From an uncultured Gammaproteobacteria bacterium (lineage in GTDB: Bacteria > Patescibacteriota > Microgenomatia > Levybacterales > UBA12049), in the NCBI GenBank assembly GCA_964512695.1, contig CAZEJU010000003.1, positions 9,897 to 73,896 of the forward strand: 64,000 nt of DNA, read 5' to 3'. Both the position numbers and the translations under genes were made by a program. Shown here piece after piece: positions 19,823 to 29,517 of this stretch. The notes under the pieces were generated by a model. That model worked only from the letters and a program-made list of their open reading frames with translations. It searched no databases and was not told where the DNA came from. The first letter of the stretch is position 1, and each line of letters opens with the position of its first letter.

Positions 19823-20266
19823 CTATACTTTGTTTTCTATACTGCCACCAGCTTTTATTATTTTATCAGCAGCGGATTGTGAAACAGGAACTTTTACAGT
19901 TAAAGGGTTATTTACAGTACCATGGCCCAAAAGCTTTACACCCACTTTTCGTGCATTTTCTTCTACTATTTTCATCTTTATAAGTGTATCTACGTCTACT
20001 GTACCTTTTGCTGGAATTCTTGCTAAATCATGTAGGTTCAACACATATGGCTTTAACCCCCTGGCTTTATTACGAAGCTTACCTCGTAAAAAAGGCATTC
20101 TTTTTACTAATGGAAGAGCTCCACCTTCAAATCGTAACGGGACAGAATTTCTTGCTTTCTGACCTTTTGTACCCCGGCCTCCTGTCTTTCCACGGCCTGA
20201 ACCATGACCTAAACCAAGTCTTTTCTTATTTCTCTGTACTACTGATGGCAATGTATGAAGTTCCAT
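19823..20266 (-). CDS. rplO: 50S ribosomal protein L15
   Basis: GSGRGKT.GRG.KGQKAR, FEGG. Confidence 0.97.
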   Translation of the reverse strand: MELHTLPSVVQRNKKRLGLGHGSGRGKTGGRGTKGQKARNSVPLRFEGGALPLVKRMPFLRGKLRNKARGLKPYVLNLHDLARIPAKGTVDVDTLIKMKIVEENARKVGVKLLGHGTVNNPLTVKVPVSQSAADKIIKAGGSIENKV

Positions 20267-20784
20267 TATTTCTTTTTCTCCTTTTTATCTAATCTCATTC
20301 GTTCATACTGATGAGCAACTTGTCGAAGCGCTTCCATCGTAGCATAAACATTATTCGCCTGATTCTTTGTGCCTAATACTTTGCTTGAGATATTTTGGAT
20401 TCCCGCTGCCGCAACGACACTTCTTACTGCTCCGCCAGCGATAATACCTGATCCTGGAGGTGCTGGCTTTAACATGATCTTCGCTGCACCATGCTTTACA
20501 TCGATTCTTAATGGAATAGTACCATTAATAATTGGTACTGTTATCATATGTTTTTTCGCTAAAATAATTCCTTTTCGAATAGCTGAAGATACATCCATTG
20601 CTTTACCTAAACCAATTCCTACTTTACCATTTTTATCTCCCACTACAGCTAAAGCAGCAAATCCCATCTTATTACCGCCCTTTGTTTTTTTCGATACACG
20701 GTTAATGTTTACTACTTGTTCTGAGAAGCCATTAAGCATTTCAGCTTCTTTTTGTATATTTTTATTCGTGTTTTTATTATTCAT
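20266..20784 (-). CDS. rpsE: 30S ribosomal protein S5
   Basis: RVSKKTKGG, PAP.GSGIIAGG. Confidence 0.97.
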   Translation of the reverse strand: MNNKNTNKNIQKEAEMLNGFSEQVVNINRVSKKTKGGNKMGFAALAVVGDKNGKVGIGLGKAMDVSSAIRKGIILAKKHMITVPIINGTIPLRIDVKHGAAKIMLKPAPPGSGIIAGGAVRSVVAAAGIQNISSKVLGTKNQANNVYATMEALRQVAHQYERMRLDKKEKKK

Positions 20785-20796
20785 ATATTTAACAAA

Positions 20797-21135
20797 TTAG
20801 AACTGCAATCCTCCCTCTCTGGCACCTTCTGCAATTGCTTTTATTTTACCATGATAGGAATATCGGCCTTTATCAAAAACTACTTCTGATATCTTCTTTT
20901 CCTTGGCAAGCTTAGCAATAGCCATACCTAAAGCTTTCGCACGTTCTACACCAGTTCCTGCTTCTTCTTTACCATCCATAGCGCTAACTATAGTTTTACC
21001 AGTTTTATCATCAATTATCTGCGCATACATATGCTTGTTTGAACGAAATACTGATAACCGCACTCTGTCAGTAATCAATCGGAATTTTTTTCGTATTCTT
21101 GTTTGTCTTTGTAATGCTCTTTTATTTTTATTCAT
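20797..21135 (-). CDS. rplR: 50S ribosomal protein L18
   Basis: RLSVFRSNKH.YAQIIDD, AREGGLQF. Confidence 0.97.
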   Translation of the reverse strand: MNKNKRALQRQTRIRKKFRLITDRVRLSVFRSNKHMYAQIIDDKTGKTIVSAMDGKEEAGTGVERAKALGMAIAKLAKEKKISEVVFDKGRYSYHGKIKAIAEGAREGGLQF

Positions 21136-21161
21136 AGGTATTTTTAACTTTCAATTCTTAT

Positions 21162-21713
21162 TTACTTCGTTCCCACAGCTTTAGCTGCTTTTCCTACTTT
21201 TCGTTTAACCTGTTCGCCTTTATAACGGATACCTTTACCTTTATATGGTTCTGGTGGTTTAATTGCTCTGATTTTAGCAGCAGTTTCCCCAACTAATGTC
21301 TTATCAGTACCAGAAACACTAATAATGTTTTCTGCTACAGCAATTTTAATAGATTTATCTGGCTGGAATTTGACAGGATGAGAAAATCCTAACGATAAAA
21401 CTAGATCATTTCCTTGTACTTGTGCTCTATATCCTACGCCTTGCAATTCTAATTTCTTTTCAAACCCGGTATCTACACCTTTTATAACATTAGCAATTTG
21501 TGCTCGCGTCAAACCATATAAAGCTCGTACCTTACGATCCTGTTGATTAGCCGCACTAAACTGTAATCTCCCATCTGTAAGTGAAACAGTAATACCGTTG
21601 GGAACAGGATATACTACTTCTCCTTTAGGTCCTGATATTTTTACAGTATTACCTTCTACAACAACTTGTATGCCTGACTTAATTTCGATTGGTGTTTTTC
21701 CTATTTTTGACAT
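21162..21713 (-). CDS. rplF: 50S ribosomal protein L6
   Basis: MSKIGK.P, GVGYRA, PEPYKGKGIRY. Confidence 0.97.
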   Translation of the reverse strand: MSKIGKTPIEIKSGIQVVVEGNTVKISGPKGEVVYPVPNGITVSLTDGRLQFSAANQQDRKVRALYGLTRAQIANVIKGVDTGFEKKLELQGVGYRAQVQGNDLVLSLGFSHPVKFQPDKSIKIAVAENIISVSGTDKTLVGETAAKIRAIKPPEPYKGKGIRYKGEQVKRKVGKAAKAVGTK

Positions 21714-21808
21714 AGTAAAAAAAATATTCACTCTTAAAAATAAAACAGTAGATATAAATCGCTGCCTTCCCAGTCATTATATATACTATTCAATCTTTAA
21801 TCCCTCTA

Positions 21809-22195
21809 TTACCAAATCTTGAAAAGAATCTCTCCACCAATACCTTTTTTTAAAGCTTCTTTACCAGTCATGATACCGCTACTTGTCGAAATAATTGCTG
21901 TCATAGCTCTATCTTTATCCTGCTTAAGATGTGTATTATCGATATAAACACGAATAGATGGTTTTGAGATCAGTTTTACATCGTGCATTGCTGGACGACG
22001 ATTTTCGTATCGGAGATGCGCAATCAATAGTTTCTTTCCATCTACTTCCTGTTCTTCAATCTTGGCGAGATATCCTTCTTTTACCAATACACGAGCAATA
22101 GATTGATTAATCTTTGAGAAAGGCATAGTGACTTGCTTTTGTCTAGCAAGATATGCGTTTTTAACTCGTAATATAAAATCTCCTACATGATACAT
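21809..22195 (-). CDS. rpsH: 30S ribosomal protein S8
   Basis: SKPS.RVY, STSSGIMT, GGE. Confidence 0.96.
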   Translation of the reverse strand: MYHVGDFILRVKNAYLARQKQVTMPFSKINQSIARVLVKEGYLAKIEEQEVDGKKLLIAHLRYENRRPAMHDVKLISKPSIRVYIDNTHLKQDKDRAMTAIISTSSGIMTGKEALKKGIGGEILFKIW

Positions 22196-22205
22196 ATGTC
22201 GGTAT

Positions 22206-22391
22206 TTACCAGCTTGATTTAATAACGCCTGGTAATTCTCCTTTCATCGCTAATTCACGAAAACACAAACGGCAAAGACCAAATCTTCGAAAGTAAGCTC
22301 TCGACCTCCCACAAATACCACAACGGTTTACATGTCTCACCGTATATTTCTGTTTTCTCTTAAATTTAACTATATCTGATGTTTTTGCCAT
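22206..22391 (-). CDS. rpsN: 30S ribosomal protein S14 (type Z)
   Basis: RCGICGR...CRLCFRE...GELPG..KSSW. Confidence 0.97.
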   Translation of the reverse strand: MAKTSDIVKFKRKQKYTVRHVNRCGICGRSRAYFRRFGLCRLCFRELAMKGELPGVIKSSW

Positions 22392-22404
22392 AAATATTTT
22401 TTTT

Positions 22405-22480
22405 AATAAATAGGTTACTCGAATCTAGCCTCACGAATTATACCATAGTTGTGGCTATTCGCATATTCACCTTATTTATT
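22405..22480. repeat. Intergenic inverted repeat between rplE and rpsN
   Basis: aataaataggt..cgaat..tagcc / ggcta.ttcg..accttatttatt. Confidence 0.55.
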
Positions 22481-22486
22481 TATACC

Positions 22487-23029
22487 TTACCGCTTCTCAA
22501 AAGGCATACCTAGAGCCTTTAACAGCGCTAAGCCTTGTATATTATCTTTTGCGGTATTCACAAAAATAATTTCTAGACCTTGTAAACGATCAACTGTTCC
22601 TAGATCTATTTCAGGAAAAACAGAATATTCATGAAATCCTAATGCATAGTTACCTCTTCCATCAAAGCTTTTTGTACTAATACCATGAAAGTCTTTTACA
22701 CGAGGCAATACTATAGTGACAAGTCTTTCCATAAATTCATACATCTTTTTACCCCGTAAAGTTACTGTTACACCAATCGGATCACCTTGTCGAAGCTTAA
22801 ATGATGCGATCGACTTTTTTGCACGAGAAACTTTTGGTTTTTGGCCTGCGATAGCAGCCACAACATCAACCATACGGTCGATAAGCTTTTTATCAGAAGT
22901 TGCATCTTTAACACCCATATTAATTACAATCTTTTCAAGCTTAGGTGTTGCCATAGGATTCTTAATGCCTAGCTCACTTTGCAGGTTTGTAACTATTTCT
23001 TCTTTATATTTTTTTTGTAAATCTAACAT
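22487..23029 (-). CDS. rplE: 50S ribosomal protein L5
   Basis: KIVINMG, GQKP, FKLR.G, FDGRGNY. Confidence 0.98.
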   Translation of the reverse strand: MLDLQKKYKEEIVTNLQSELGIKNPMATPKLEKIVINMGVKDATSDKKLIDRMVDVVAAIAGQKPKVSRAKKSIASFKLRQGDPIGVTVTLRGKKMYEFMERLVTIVLPRVKDFHGISTKSFDGRGNYALGFHEYSVFPEIDLGTVDRLQGLEIIFVNTAKDNIQGLALLKALGMPFEKR

Positions 23030-23070
23030 ATGTAAATTCTAATCCTCACTACTTGTTTGAATGTATCAAC

Positions 23071-23376
23071 TTATATTTCCTTATTACACTTTCTACAAAC
23101 TCTCATTTTTTTGTTTTTTTCGAATGTATACCCTATTCGTGTAGGCTGTTTGCACTTAGGGCAGACAAGTGCAACTTGTGAAACTGGCAAAGGCTTTGTA
23201 ATTGTAACAATTTCTGATTGTTGTCCTTGTGCACGAGCTTTAACATGACGTTTGAATTGATTAACGCCAGGAATCAAGACTTTCATCTCTTTAGCAAAAA
23301 CCTTCTCTACTTTTCCAGTTTTTCCTGCGTCTTTACCGTGTAAAATTTTTATTTCATCACCTTTATGTAATTTCAT
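23071..23376 (-). CDS. rplX: 50S ribosomal protein L24
   Basis: KGD...GKD.GK.G; CPKC and CRKC Zn-type motifs. Confidence 0.96.
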   Translation of the reverse strand: MKLHKGDEIKILHGKDAGKTGKVEKVFAKEMKVLIPGVNQFKRHVKARAQGQQSEIVTITKPLPVSQVALVCPKCKQPTRIGYTFEKNKKMRVCRKCNKEI

Positions 23377-23377
23377 A

Positions 23378-23752
23378 CTAAACAACCTCCACTGCCATAC
23401 TTGCTATTTTTGTAAAGCCCCTATCACGAACTTCTCTTGGAATCGGACCGAATATACGTGTTCCTCTAGGATTTTTATCTTCTGCGTTGTCGATAATAAC
23501 TGCTGCATTATCAGAAAACCGTACATACGAACCATCTTTTCTTCTATATTCTTTTCTCGTACGCACTACCACTGCCTTAACGAGCTCACTATCTTTTACT
23601 TGACCATGAGGTGAAGCACTTTTAACAACACAATTAACAATATCTCCAATTCTACCGAACTTATGTTTCGATCCACCAAAAATATGGACTACAGAAAGTG
23701 CTTTTGCACCTGAATTATCTGCGACTGATAAGATTGATCGTAATTGTATCAT
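23378..23752 (-). CDS. rplN: 50S ribosomal protein L14
   Basis: MIQ...[15 protein letters not shown]. Confidence 0.98.
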   Translation of the reverse strand: MIQLRSILSVADNSGAKALSVVHIFGGSKHKFGRIGDIVNCVVKSASPHGQVKDSELVKAVVVRTRKEYRRKDGSYVRFSDNAAVIIDNAEDKNPRGTRIFGPIPREVRDRGFTKIASMAVEVV

Positions 23753-24036
23753 GCTTTCTCCTCCTTTTTAGTTCCCTTCACTTTTTTGACTGTTTTTTCT
23801 TCTTTTGGTTGAATGCTTGAAATTTTAAAGTTGATTGTTTTTGAAATTGGCCTTGTTTCTATAATACTTACGCGATCTCCCACAGAAACAGTATGACCAT
23901 CTAAAGCAACACTAAATTTTTTACTTCGCTTTAACAACTTTTTATATTTTGGATGCGGTACTTTTCTCGTAATCTCTACCACAACCGCATTCATCATTTT
24001 CTTAGAAACTACAGTCCCATTAAGAATTTTTGCCAT
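23749..24036 (-). CDS. rpsQ: 30S ribosomal protein S17
   Basis: G.VVS.KM, HPKY.K, ETRPISK. Confidence 0.96.
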   Translation of the reverse strand: MAKILNGTVVSKKMMNAVVVEITRKVPHPKYKKLLKRSKKFSVALDGHTVSVGDRVSIIETRPISKTINFKISSIQPKEEKTVKKVKGTKKEEKA

Positions 24037-24235
24037 GCGTTAACTCCTTTCCTCGTAAAACAGTACTTACTTGTGCTATTGTTTTACGTAATGAACGTAA
24101 TACACGAACATTTTTTACCTTTCCGCGTGTATGATCTAATCTTGTTGAAAGTAACTCTTTTCGTGAATCACTAAGTAATTTTTTTAATTCTTCTAGTGTT
24201 TGACTATGTAATTCTTTCTTTTTATTCGTTTTCAT
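24020..24235 (-). CDS. rpmC: 50S ribosomal protein L29
   Basis: Position in the operon; RK.IAQ..TVL. Confidence 0.9.
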   Translation of the reverse strand: MKTNKKKELHSQTLEELKKLLSDSRKELLSTRLDHTRGKVKNVRVLRSLRKTIAQVSTVLRGKELTHGKNS

Positions 24236-24236
24236 A

Positions 24237-24650
24237 TTACTGAACCCTTCTTTGAATCAATTTCGATCGAACTGGTAACTTATGTGCAGCTCGTTTTAAT
24301 GCTTCTACAGCAACTTCTTCAGTTACACCACCAATTTCAAACATAATACGTCCGGGTTTTACTGTCGCGACATATTCATGAACATCCCCTTTTCCTCCAC
24401 CCATACGTACTTCCGGTGGTTTCTTGGTGATAGGTTTATCTGGAAAGATTCTAATCCAAACACGTCCACCACGCTGTGTATAGTGAGTTATTGCACGTCG
24501 TGCTGACTCAATTTGTCTACTTGAAACCCATCCGGAATCTTCAGCACTTAAGCCGAATTCTCCATATGCTAGTTCAACGCCTCTACTAGCGATACCTTTC
24601 ATACTTCCTCTCATTTGTTTTCGATATTTAACTCTTCTTGGTAATAACAT
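24237..24650 (-). CDS. rplP: 50S ribosomal protein L16
   Basis: [25 protein letters not shown]. Confidence 0.98.
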   Translation of the reverse strand: MLLPRRVKYRKQMRGSMKGIASRGVELAYGEFGLSAEDSGWVSSRQIESARRAITHYTQRGGRVWIRIFPDKPITKKPPEVRMGGGKGDVHEYVATVKPGRIMFEIGGVTEEVAVEALKRAAHKLPVRSKLIQRRVQ

Positions 24651-24658
24651 ATGTAATT

Positions 24659-24733
24659 AAATTCAAAAGGCAAAATGCAAAAGTTAAAAGATACTATTTT
24701 CAACTTACACTTTTGACCTTTGACTTTTGAGTT
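24659..24733. repeat. Heptamer-periodic palindromic element (GTCAAAA type)
   Basis: ttcaaaa ggcaaaa tgcaaaa gttaaaa / ttttgac ctttgac ttttgag. Confidence 0.85.
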
Positions 24734-24734
24734 T

Positions 24735-25379
24735 TTACTTTGCTTCCGATTTGTGAATCCATACCTTTACTCCTATATATCCTTTTTTCGTTAATGACGG
24801 TGTACTAGCGAAATCAATTCTTTCACGAATTGTTGACAAAGGCACTGTACCAATCTGGATTTTTTCTCGTCGACCAATTTCTGCTCCCGCAATTCTTCCA
24901 GAGAGAAGAATACGAACACCTTTCGCTCCAGCACTCATAACACGCTCTGCAGCTTGATTCATAACTCTCTTAAAAGGTAATCTCTTTTCTAACTGATCCG
25001 CGACATTTTTCGCGACTAAATATGCATCTAAATTAGGTTCTTTAATGGGCTCAACACGAATATCAAGTTTCGGCATATGCTTAGTGTTTCTTTTCGTAAA
25101 AAAACCTGTTATTGTTTTCTTTAACTCTTCTAATCCAGTTCCTGCTCTTCCGATAACTATACCCGGACGAGCAACATACACGATAATTTTAAGATTATTA
25201 ATGGATCGCTCTAACTCTATTCTCGATACGCCTGCGCTTTTTAATTTTTCTTGAAGAAGCTTTCTTAATAAGAAATCTTCAAGAACAGTATCTTTATATT
25301 GTTTTTCATTAAACCATCTACTATTCCATTGAAAAACAGCTTTTAAACGTAATGCATGTGGATTTACTTTTTGTCCCAT
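24735..25379 (-). CDS. rpsC: 30S ribosomal protein S3
   Basis: MGQKVNP, RPGIVIGR, GRIAGAEI, GVKVWI. Confidence 0.98.
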   Translation of the reverse strand: MGQKVNPHALRLKAVFQWNSRWFNEKQYKDTVLEDFLLRKLLQEKLKSAGVSRIELERSINNLKIIVYVARPGIVIGRAGTGLEELKKTITGFFTKRNTKHMPKLDIRVEPIKEPNLDAYLVAKNVADQLEKRLPFKRVMNQAAERVMSAGAKGVRILLSGRIAGAEIGRREKIQIGTVPLSTIRERIDFASTPSLTKKGYIGVKVWIHKSEAK

Positions 25380-25388
25380 AATTTTAAT

Positions 25389-25460
25389 AGTTACAAGTGA
25401 TAAGTTATGAATCCTAAGTCAATAGTGACTGCTAACTTAGGACTTGCGACTTATGACTTT
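25389..25460. repeat. Heptamer-periodic palindromic element (TAAGTC type) overlapping the rplV stop
   Basis: agttaca agtgata agttatg aatccta agtc / aacttag gacttgc gacttat gactt. Confidence 0.8.
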
Positions 25461-25834
25461 TTAGTATCCTCCTTTTCTTTTTTCATCTCTTTTTTTACTT
25501 CTTTTATTTCATCTAATATTACTCGTATATGACTACTTCTTTTTTTATAAGGATGAATTCTTCCACGAGTTGAAGGATGAAAACGTTTAAAAGCTTGTCC
25601 TTCAACCACTTCAATATTTGCAATATATAAGCGTGTTCTATCAAGCTTCGCATTGTGTAATGCATTTGCGACAGCACTTTCCATTGTTTTCGCTATTGCC
25701 TGTGCAGCCCGTTTTCGCATAAACTGTAATGAAACTAACGCATTCTCTAATGGTAAGTTTCGTACAGAATCTGCAACCAGTCTTACTTTTCTAGGACTAA
25801 CTCTAACGTTTCTACTTATTGCTTGTACTTGCAT
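25451..25834 (-). CDS. rplV: 50S ribosomal protein L22
   Basis: SPRKVRLVAD, SAVANA, KR.SHI. Confidence 0.97.
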   Translation of the reverse strand: MQVQAISRNVRVSPRKVRLVADSVRNLPLENALVSLQFMRKRAAQAIAKTMESAVANALHNAKLDRTRLYIANIEVVEGQAFKRFHPSTRGRIHPYKKRSSHIRVILDEIKEVKKEMKKEKEDTKKS

Positions 25835-25852
25835 ATATTTCCTTTCTATTTG

Positions 25853-26137
25853 TTATGTTTTACTTATTTCTCGTGCGACGACACGTCCATGACTTCTGAA
25901 TGTTCGTGTTGGCGAAAATTCACCAAGTCGTCTTCCAACCATACCTTCTTGTACAGAGACATTAATAAAAACACGTCCATTATGAACAGCGAATGTATGA
26001 CCGACAAACTCTGGCGGAATTTGGCAAGCTCTACTCCAAGTTTTTATAGCTGCTTTATCACCAGTTTGCTTTTGTTGTATAACCTTTTTTAATAGATTTT
26101 GATCTATGAATGGTCCTTTTTTACTTGAACGTGCCAT
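25853..26137 (-). CDS. rpsS: 30S ribosomal protein S19
   Basis: [21 protein letters not shown]. Confidence 0.98.
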   Translation of the reverse strand: MARSSKKGPFIDQNLLKKVIQQKQTGDKAAIKTWSRACQIPPEFVGHTFAVHNGRVFINVSVQEGMVGRRLGEFSPTRTFRSHGRVVAREISKT

Positions 26138-26139
26138 AA

Positions 26140-26880
26140 TTAACTTTTCCTCCTTTGAACAATAAATTTATCAGAGTACTTTCTTCGTAATCTTGTTTTC
26201 CCAACTGCAATTCTGCCTGCATAGTTTTTTGGGGAAGGCATACCAATACCTGACCGTCCTTCTCCTCCTCCATGCGGATGAGATCGTGGATTTTGTGCAA
26301 CTCCTCGAACTGTTGGTCTTATACCCATTCTTCGAGATCGTCCTGCTTTTCCAATAACCTCATCTTTCCACTCTATATTTCCTAACTGTCCAATTGTAGC
26401 ATATCCTGTGGCTAAAATGCGTCTGATTTCACCTGATGGGAGTTTTACATGAACATAATCACCTTCACGAGCTGAGACGATCGCACTCGTTCCTGCACTT
26501 CTGGCTATTTGTCCTCCTCTTCCAGGATGTAATTCTATATTATGAATAATAGTTCCTACAGGAATACTTCCTAAAGGAAGCGCATTACCTACTTTAATCT
26601 CAACTGTTGGACTAGAAATAACAATATCCGAAACAGACAGGGTATTTGGTGCCAAAATATATCGTCGCTCACCATCACGGTATTGCACTAAAGCAATATC
26701 AACCGATCTATTTGGATCATATTCTATAGCTACAACTTTTCCTGGAATATCACGTTTATCGCGTTTAAAGTCGATGAAACGATAATATCTCTTATGTTCT
26801 CCACCCTTATGGCGAACAACAACTTGACCATGCGCTCCTCTTCCTGTTGTTTTTCTTTTAATTACCTTTAGTTGTTTCAT
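26140..26880 (-). CDS. rplB: 50S ribosomal protein L2 (N-terminally short)
   Basis: [26 protein letters not shown]. Confidence 0.97.
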   Translation of the reverse strand: MKQLKVIKRKTTGRGAHGQVVVRHKGGEHKRYYRFIDFKRDKRDIPGKVVAIEYDPNRSVDIALVQYRDGERRYILAPNTLSVSDIVISSPTVEIKVGNALPLGSIPVGTIIHNIELHPGRGGQIARSAGTSAIVSAREGDYVHVKLPSGEIRRILATGYATIGQLGNIEWKDEVIGKAGRSRRMGIRPTVRGVAQNPRSHPHGGGEGRSGIGMPSPKNYAGRIAVGKTRLRRKYSDKFIVQRRKS

Positions 26881-26884
26881 ACTA

Positions 26885-27172
26885 TTATTCAGATAATTCA
26901 AATAAACTAATTTTTTGCCCTGGCTTAACAGTAACTACAGCTTTTTTCATAGGACTCTCAGTTATTTCAGTCCTTCGCAAGCCTATTCTCTTCGTTCTCC
27001 CCTTTATGCGTGATGTTAAAATCATAATGACATTAACATTAAATGTGTTTTCGATAGCTTGCTTAATTGCTTGTTTATTTGCATCTCTCTGTACAAAAAA
27101 AGAATATTTTCCAGCTGCTGCTAATGCCATTGATCGCTCTGTAATAATTGGTTTTACTAATACTTGTTTCAT
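26885..27172 (-). CDS. rplW: 50S ribosomal protein L23
   Basis: PIITERS, IK.AIE..F.V.V, KKAVV. Confidence 0.95.
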   Translation of the reverse strand: MKQVLVKPIITERSMALAAAGKYSFFVQRDANKQAIKQAIENTFNVNVIMILTSRIKGRTKRIGLRRTEITESPMKKAVVTVKPGQKISLFELSE

Positions 27173-27173
27173 A

Positions 27174-28016
27174 TTATTCTTTTTCTTGTTTCTTTTCGTT
27201 ATTAAGGCTTTTTTCCATCTCATTAAGTGCGCTTTTCATAAAGAAGATAGCATCATGATTTAATACTTCATACGCATGTAATTGACGAGCATAATCATAG
27301 GTTACACCTTCGATATTTCTTACAGCACGGACTACATTAGCATGTTTTACATCAAGGACTAATAAAACTTTATTTTTTTTCTTCATATCTTGAACTTTCT
27401 CTAATAATGCAGCCATTTCTTTGGTTTTAGGCGCAATTTTTTCTAAACCATCAAAAACTTTTACTTTCCCTCTTCTTGCTTTATCACTTAATACAGTAAA
27501 GAGAGCAATCTTTTTCATTTTTTTAGGCATGTCTAGACTGAAATCTCTTGGTTTTGGCCCATGAGCGATACCTCCATGCACAAATATAGGAGCACGTACT
27601 CCACCATGGCGGGCTCTTCCTGTACCTTTTTGGCGATAGATTTTTCTTGTTGATCCATCGACTTCACCTCGAGTTTTTGTAGAGGCAGACCCAGCACGTT
27701 GATTAGCTAAATAAACTCTAGCCGCTTGAGCCACCAACTGAGGGTTACTCTTTACACCAAAAATCTTCCCCGGAAGCGCCAAAGATTCTACAATCTTTCC
27801 AGTTAGATCATACACATCTGCATGTAACGCATCTTTCTTCTGTCCAATTGTACCTTTCTTCATAGACTGATCTACCGATTTTTGCTTTGCACTAGCTGAC
27901 ACTTCAGTTACTGCATCAGTTTTTTTCGTAGTTGTTTTCTTAACAGCTACTTTTACTGCTGTTTTCTCTACACTTTCGACTTTTGATTTTTGACTTTTAA
28001 TTTTTTTCTCTGCCAT
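27174..28016 (-). CDS. rplD: 50S ribosomal protein L4 with long Lys-rich N-terminal extension
   Basis: TKTRGEV, QKGTGRARHG, GGIAHGPKPR. Confidence 0.97.
   Translation of the reverse strand: MAEKKIKSQKSKVESVEKTAVKVAVKKTTTKKTDAVTEVSASAKQKSVDQSMKKGTIGQKKDALHADVYDLTGKIVESLALPGKIFGVKSNPQLVAQAARVYLANQRAGSASTKTRGEVDGSTRKIYRQKGTGRARHGGVRAPIFVHGGIAHGPKPRDFSLDMPKKMKKIALFTVLSDKARRGKVKVFDGLEKIAPKTKEMAALLEKVQDMKKKNKVLLVLDVKHANVVRAVRNIEGVTYDYARQLHAYEVLNHDAIFFMKSALNEMEKSLNNEKKQEKE
27974..28001. repeat. In-frame heptamer array at the rplD 5' end
   Basis: tttcgac ttttgat ttttgac ttttaat, encoding IKSQKSKVE. Confidence 0.75.
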
Positions 28017-28017
28017 A

Positions 28018-28815
28018 TTATTGAGAATCTTTCTGTTCTTCCGGAACGTTTGCTTCTTCTGTAACTGTTTCTGTCTCAACCGCTGCATCTGTGACTTTCT
28101 CTGTTACAGATTCAGTTACTGCTGTTTCTACTGATTGTTTTTCCTCTTCTACAAGCAAGGGAACAAACTTTTTGTCTGAAAGCTCTCCTGTTTTTTCAAT
28201 TCTGACAATACTATTAACCGATCCTGGAATAAGTCCTTTTACAAGTACAGTTTTTGAAGTTCCCTTATCCACTACAGCAATCACTTGTAAATTCGCGACG
28301 CTTACTTTGTCTTGACCCATTCTACCCGCCATTCTTTTACCCTTATAAACTCTTCCTGGAGTCGTTGTTTGCCCAATAGAACCAGGAGCGCGCTCTCTAT
28401 CTGATTGTCCATGAGTTCGAGGACCACCTTTAAAGTTATGTCTCTTTACCACTCCAGCAAATCCTTTTCCTTTTGATGTGCCTGTTACTTTAATAATATC
28501 TCCTGCTTTTAAGATAGCGTCAACAGATAAAACCTCGCCTACTGCTGGAAGAGCTTCATCAGCATTTACACGAATTTCACGGATAAGATATGGTGTCGTT
28601 TTAAGATTAGCCTTTTTCGTTAAGCCTAGAAGATTTTTACCTGGTTTTTTTCGGCTACCTATACCCACTTGTACAGCTGCATAACCGTGTTTCTCTAGAG
28701 TTTTTGTGCCTACTACAGCATTATCGCTAATTGCCACAACAGAAACCGGAACTCGAGTTCCATCTGTAAGAAAAGCTTGTGTTTGCTTTGTTTTTGTACC
28801 AAAAATTACATTCAT
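28018..28815 (-). CDS. rplC: 50S ribosomal protein L3 with acidic C-terminal tail
   Basis: SKGKGFAG..KRH.F, R.PGSIG, PGRVYKGKRM.G. Confidence 0.98.
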   Translation of the reverse strand: MNVIFGTKTKQTQAFLTDGTRVPVSVVAISDNAVVGTKTLEKHGYAAVQVGIGSRKKPGKNLLGLTKKANLKTTPYLIREIRVNADEALPAVGEVLSVDAILKAGDIIKVTGTSKGKGFAGVVKRHNFKGGPRTHGQSDRERAPGSIGQTTTPGRVYKGKRMAGRMGQDKVSVANLQVIAVVDKGTSKTVLVKGLIPGSVNSIVRIEKTGELSDKKFVPLLVEEEKQSVETAVTESVTEKVTDAAVETETVTEEANVPEEQKDSQ

Positions 28816-28867
28816 ATTTCCTATTGTTTTCTAAAACTTTTTTTGTATTTTGCATACCTTCTGCCTA

Positions 28868-28896
28868 CAAAAAAAGATAGCCCATTCGGCTATCTT
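28868..28896 (-). terminator. Intrinsic terminator or attenuator upstream of rplC
   Basis: aagatagcc-gaatg-ggctatc followed by TTTTTTT on the minus strand. Confidence 0.8.
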
Positions 28897-29036
28897 CCTA
28901 GTACTGTTACTACTTATGAACCCGAATTTAGGCTGATCGCAACCTCCTCATTATAATATTGTTGGGCATTAAAGTTTTAAACATGTAAGCTTTACAATAA
29001 ATACAAATTTTCTTACTGTTATCTCTAAATTTAAGT

Positions 29037-29095
29037 TTTCGTAATAATTCGCATTAGAGAATAATGAAATACTCAACATCCGAATTAATACGAAA
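29037..29095. repeat. Inverted repeat downstream of rpsJ
   Basis: tttcgtaataattcg / cgaattaatacgaaa (14 of 15). Confidence 0.65.
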
Positions 29096-29133
29096 TAGTT
29101 ATATGTGTGAGATTATTTGAGCAGATGTATAAC

Positions 29134-29442
29134 CTACATTTTTATTTCAACATCAACACCGGCTGGAAGCTCGAGATGTGTTAAACTATCAATTGTCTTG
29201 TCTGTTGGAGAAACTATATCTATAAGCCGCTTATGCACTCTTATCTCAAAATGATCCCGTGCATCTTTATCTATAAATGGCGATCTATTTACAGCATAAA
29301 GGCTTCTATCTGTTGGTAATGGAATTGGACCCACTATCTTTGCACCAGTTCGGATTGCTGTATCAAGAATTTGTTGACAACACGCATCGAGAACACGTGA
29401 ATCATAACTTTTTAGTCGTACTCGTATTTTTCCTTTCGGCAT
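29134..29442 (-). CDS. rpsJ: 30S ribosomal protein S10
   Basis: [32 protein letters not shown]. Confidence 0.98.
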   Translation of the reverse strand: MPKGKIRVRLKSYDSRVLDACCQQILDTAIRTGAKIVGPIPLPTDRSLYAVNRSPFIDKDARDHFEIRVHKRLIDIVSPTDKTIDSLTHLELPAGVDVEIKM

Positions 29443-29490
29443 ATGTCTATATTATTAACTCCAACAAACTGTTAAAGAGCACTGTCCAAT

Positions 29491-29517
29491 AAAAAATAGG
29501 CCTGAGGCCTATTTTTT
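29491..29517 (-). terminator. Intrinsic (bidirectional-type) terminator after tuf
   Basis: aaaaaataggcc-tga-ggcctatttttt perfect palindrome. Confidence 0.85.
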
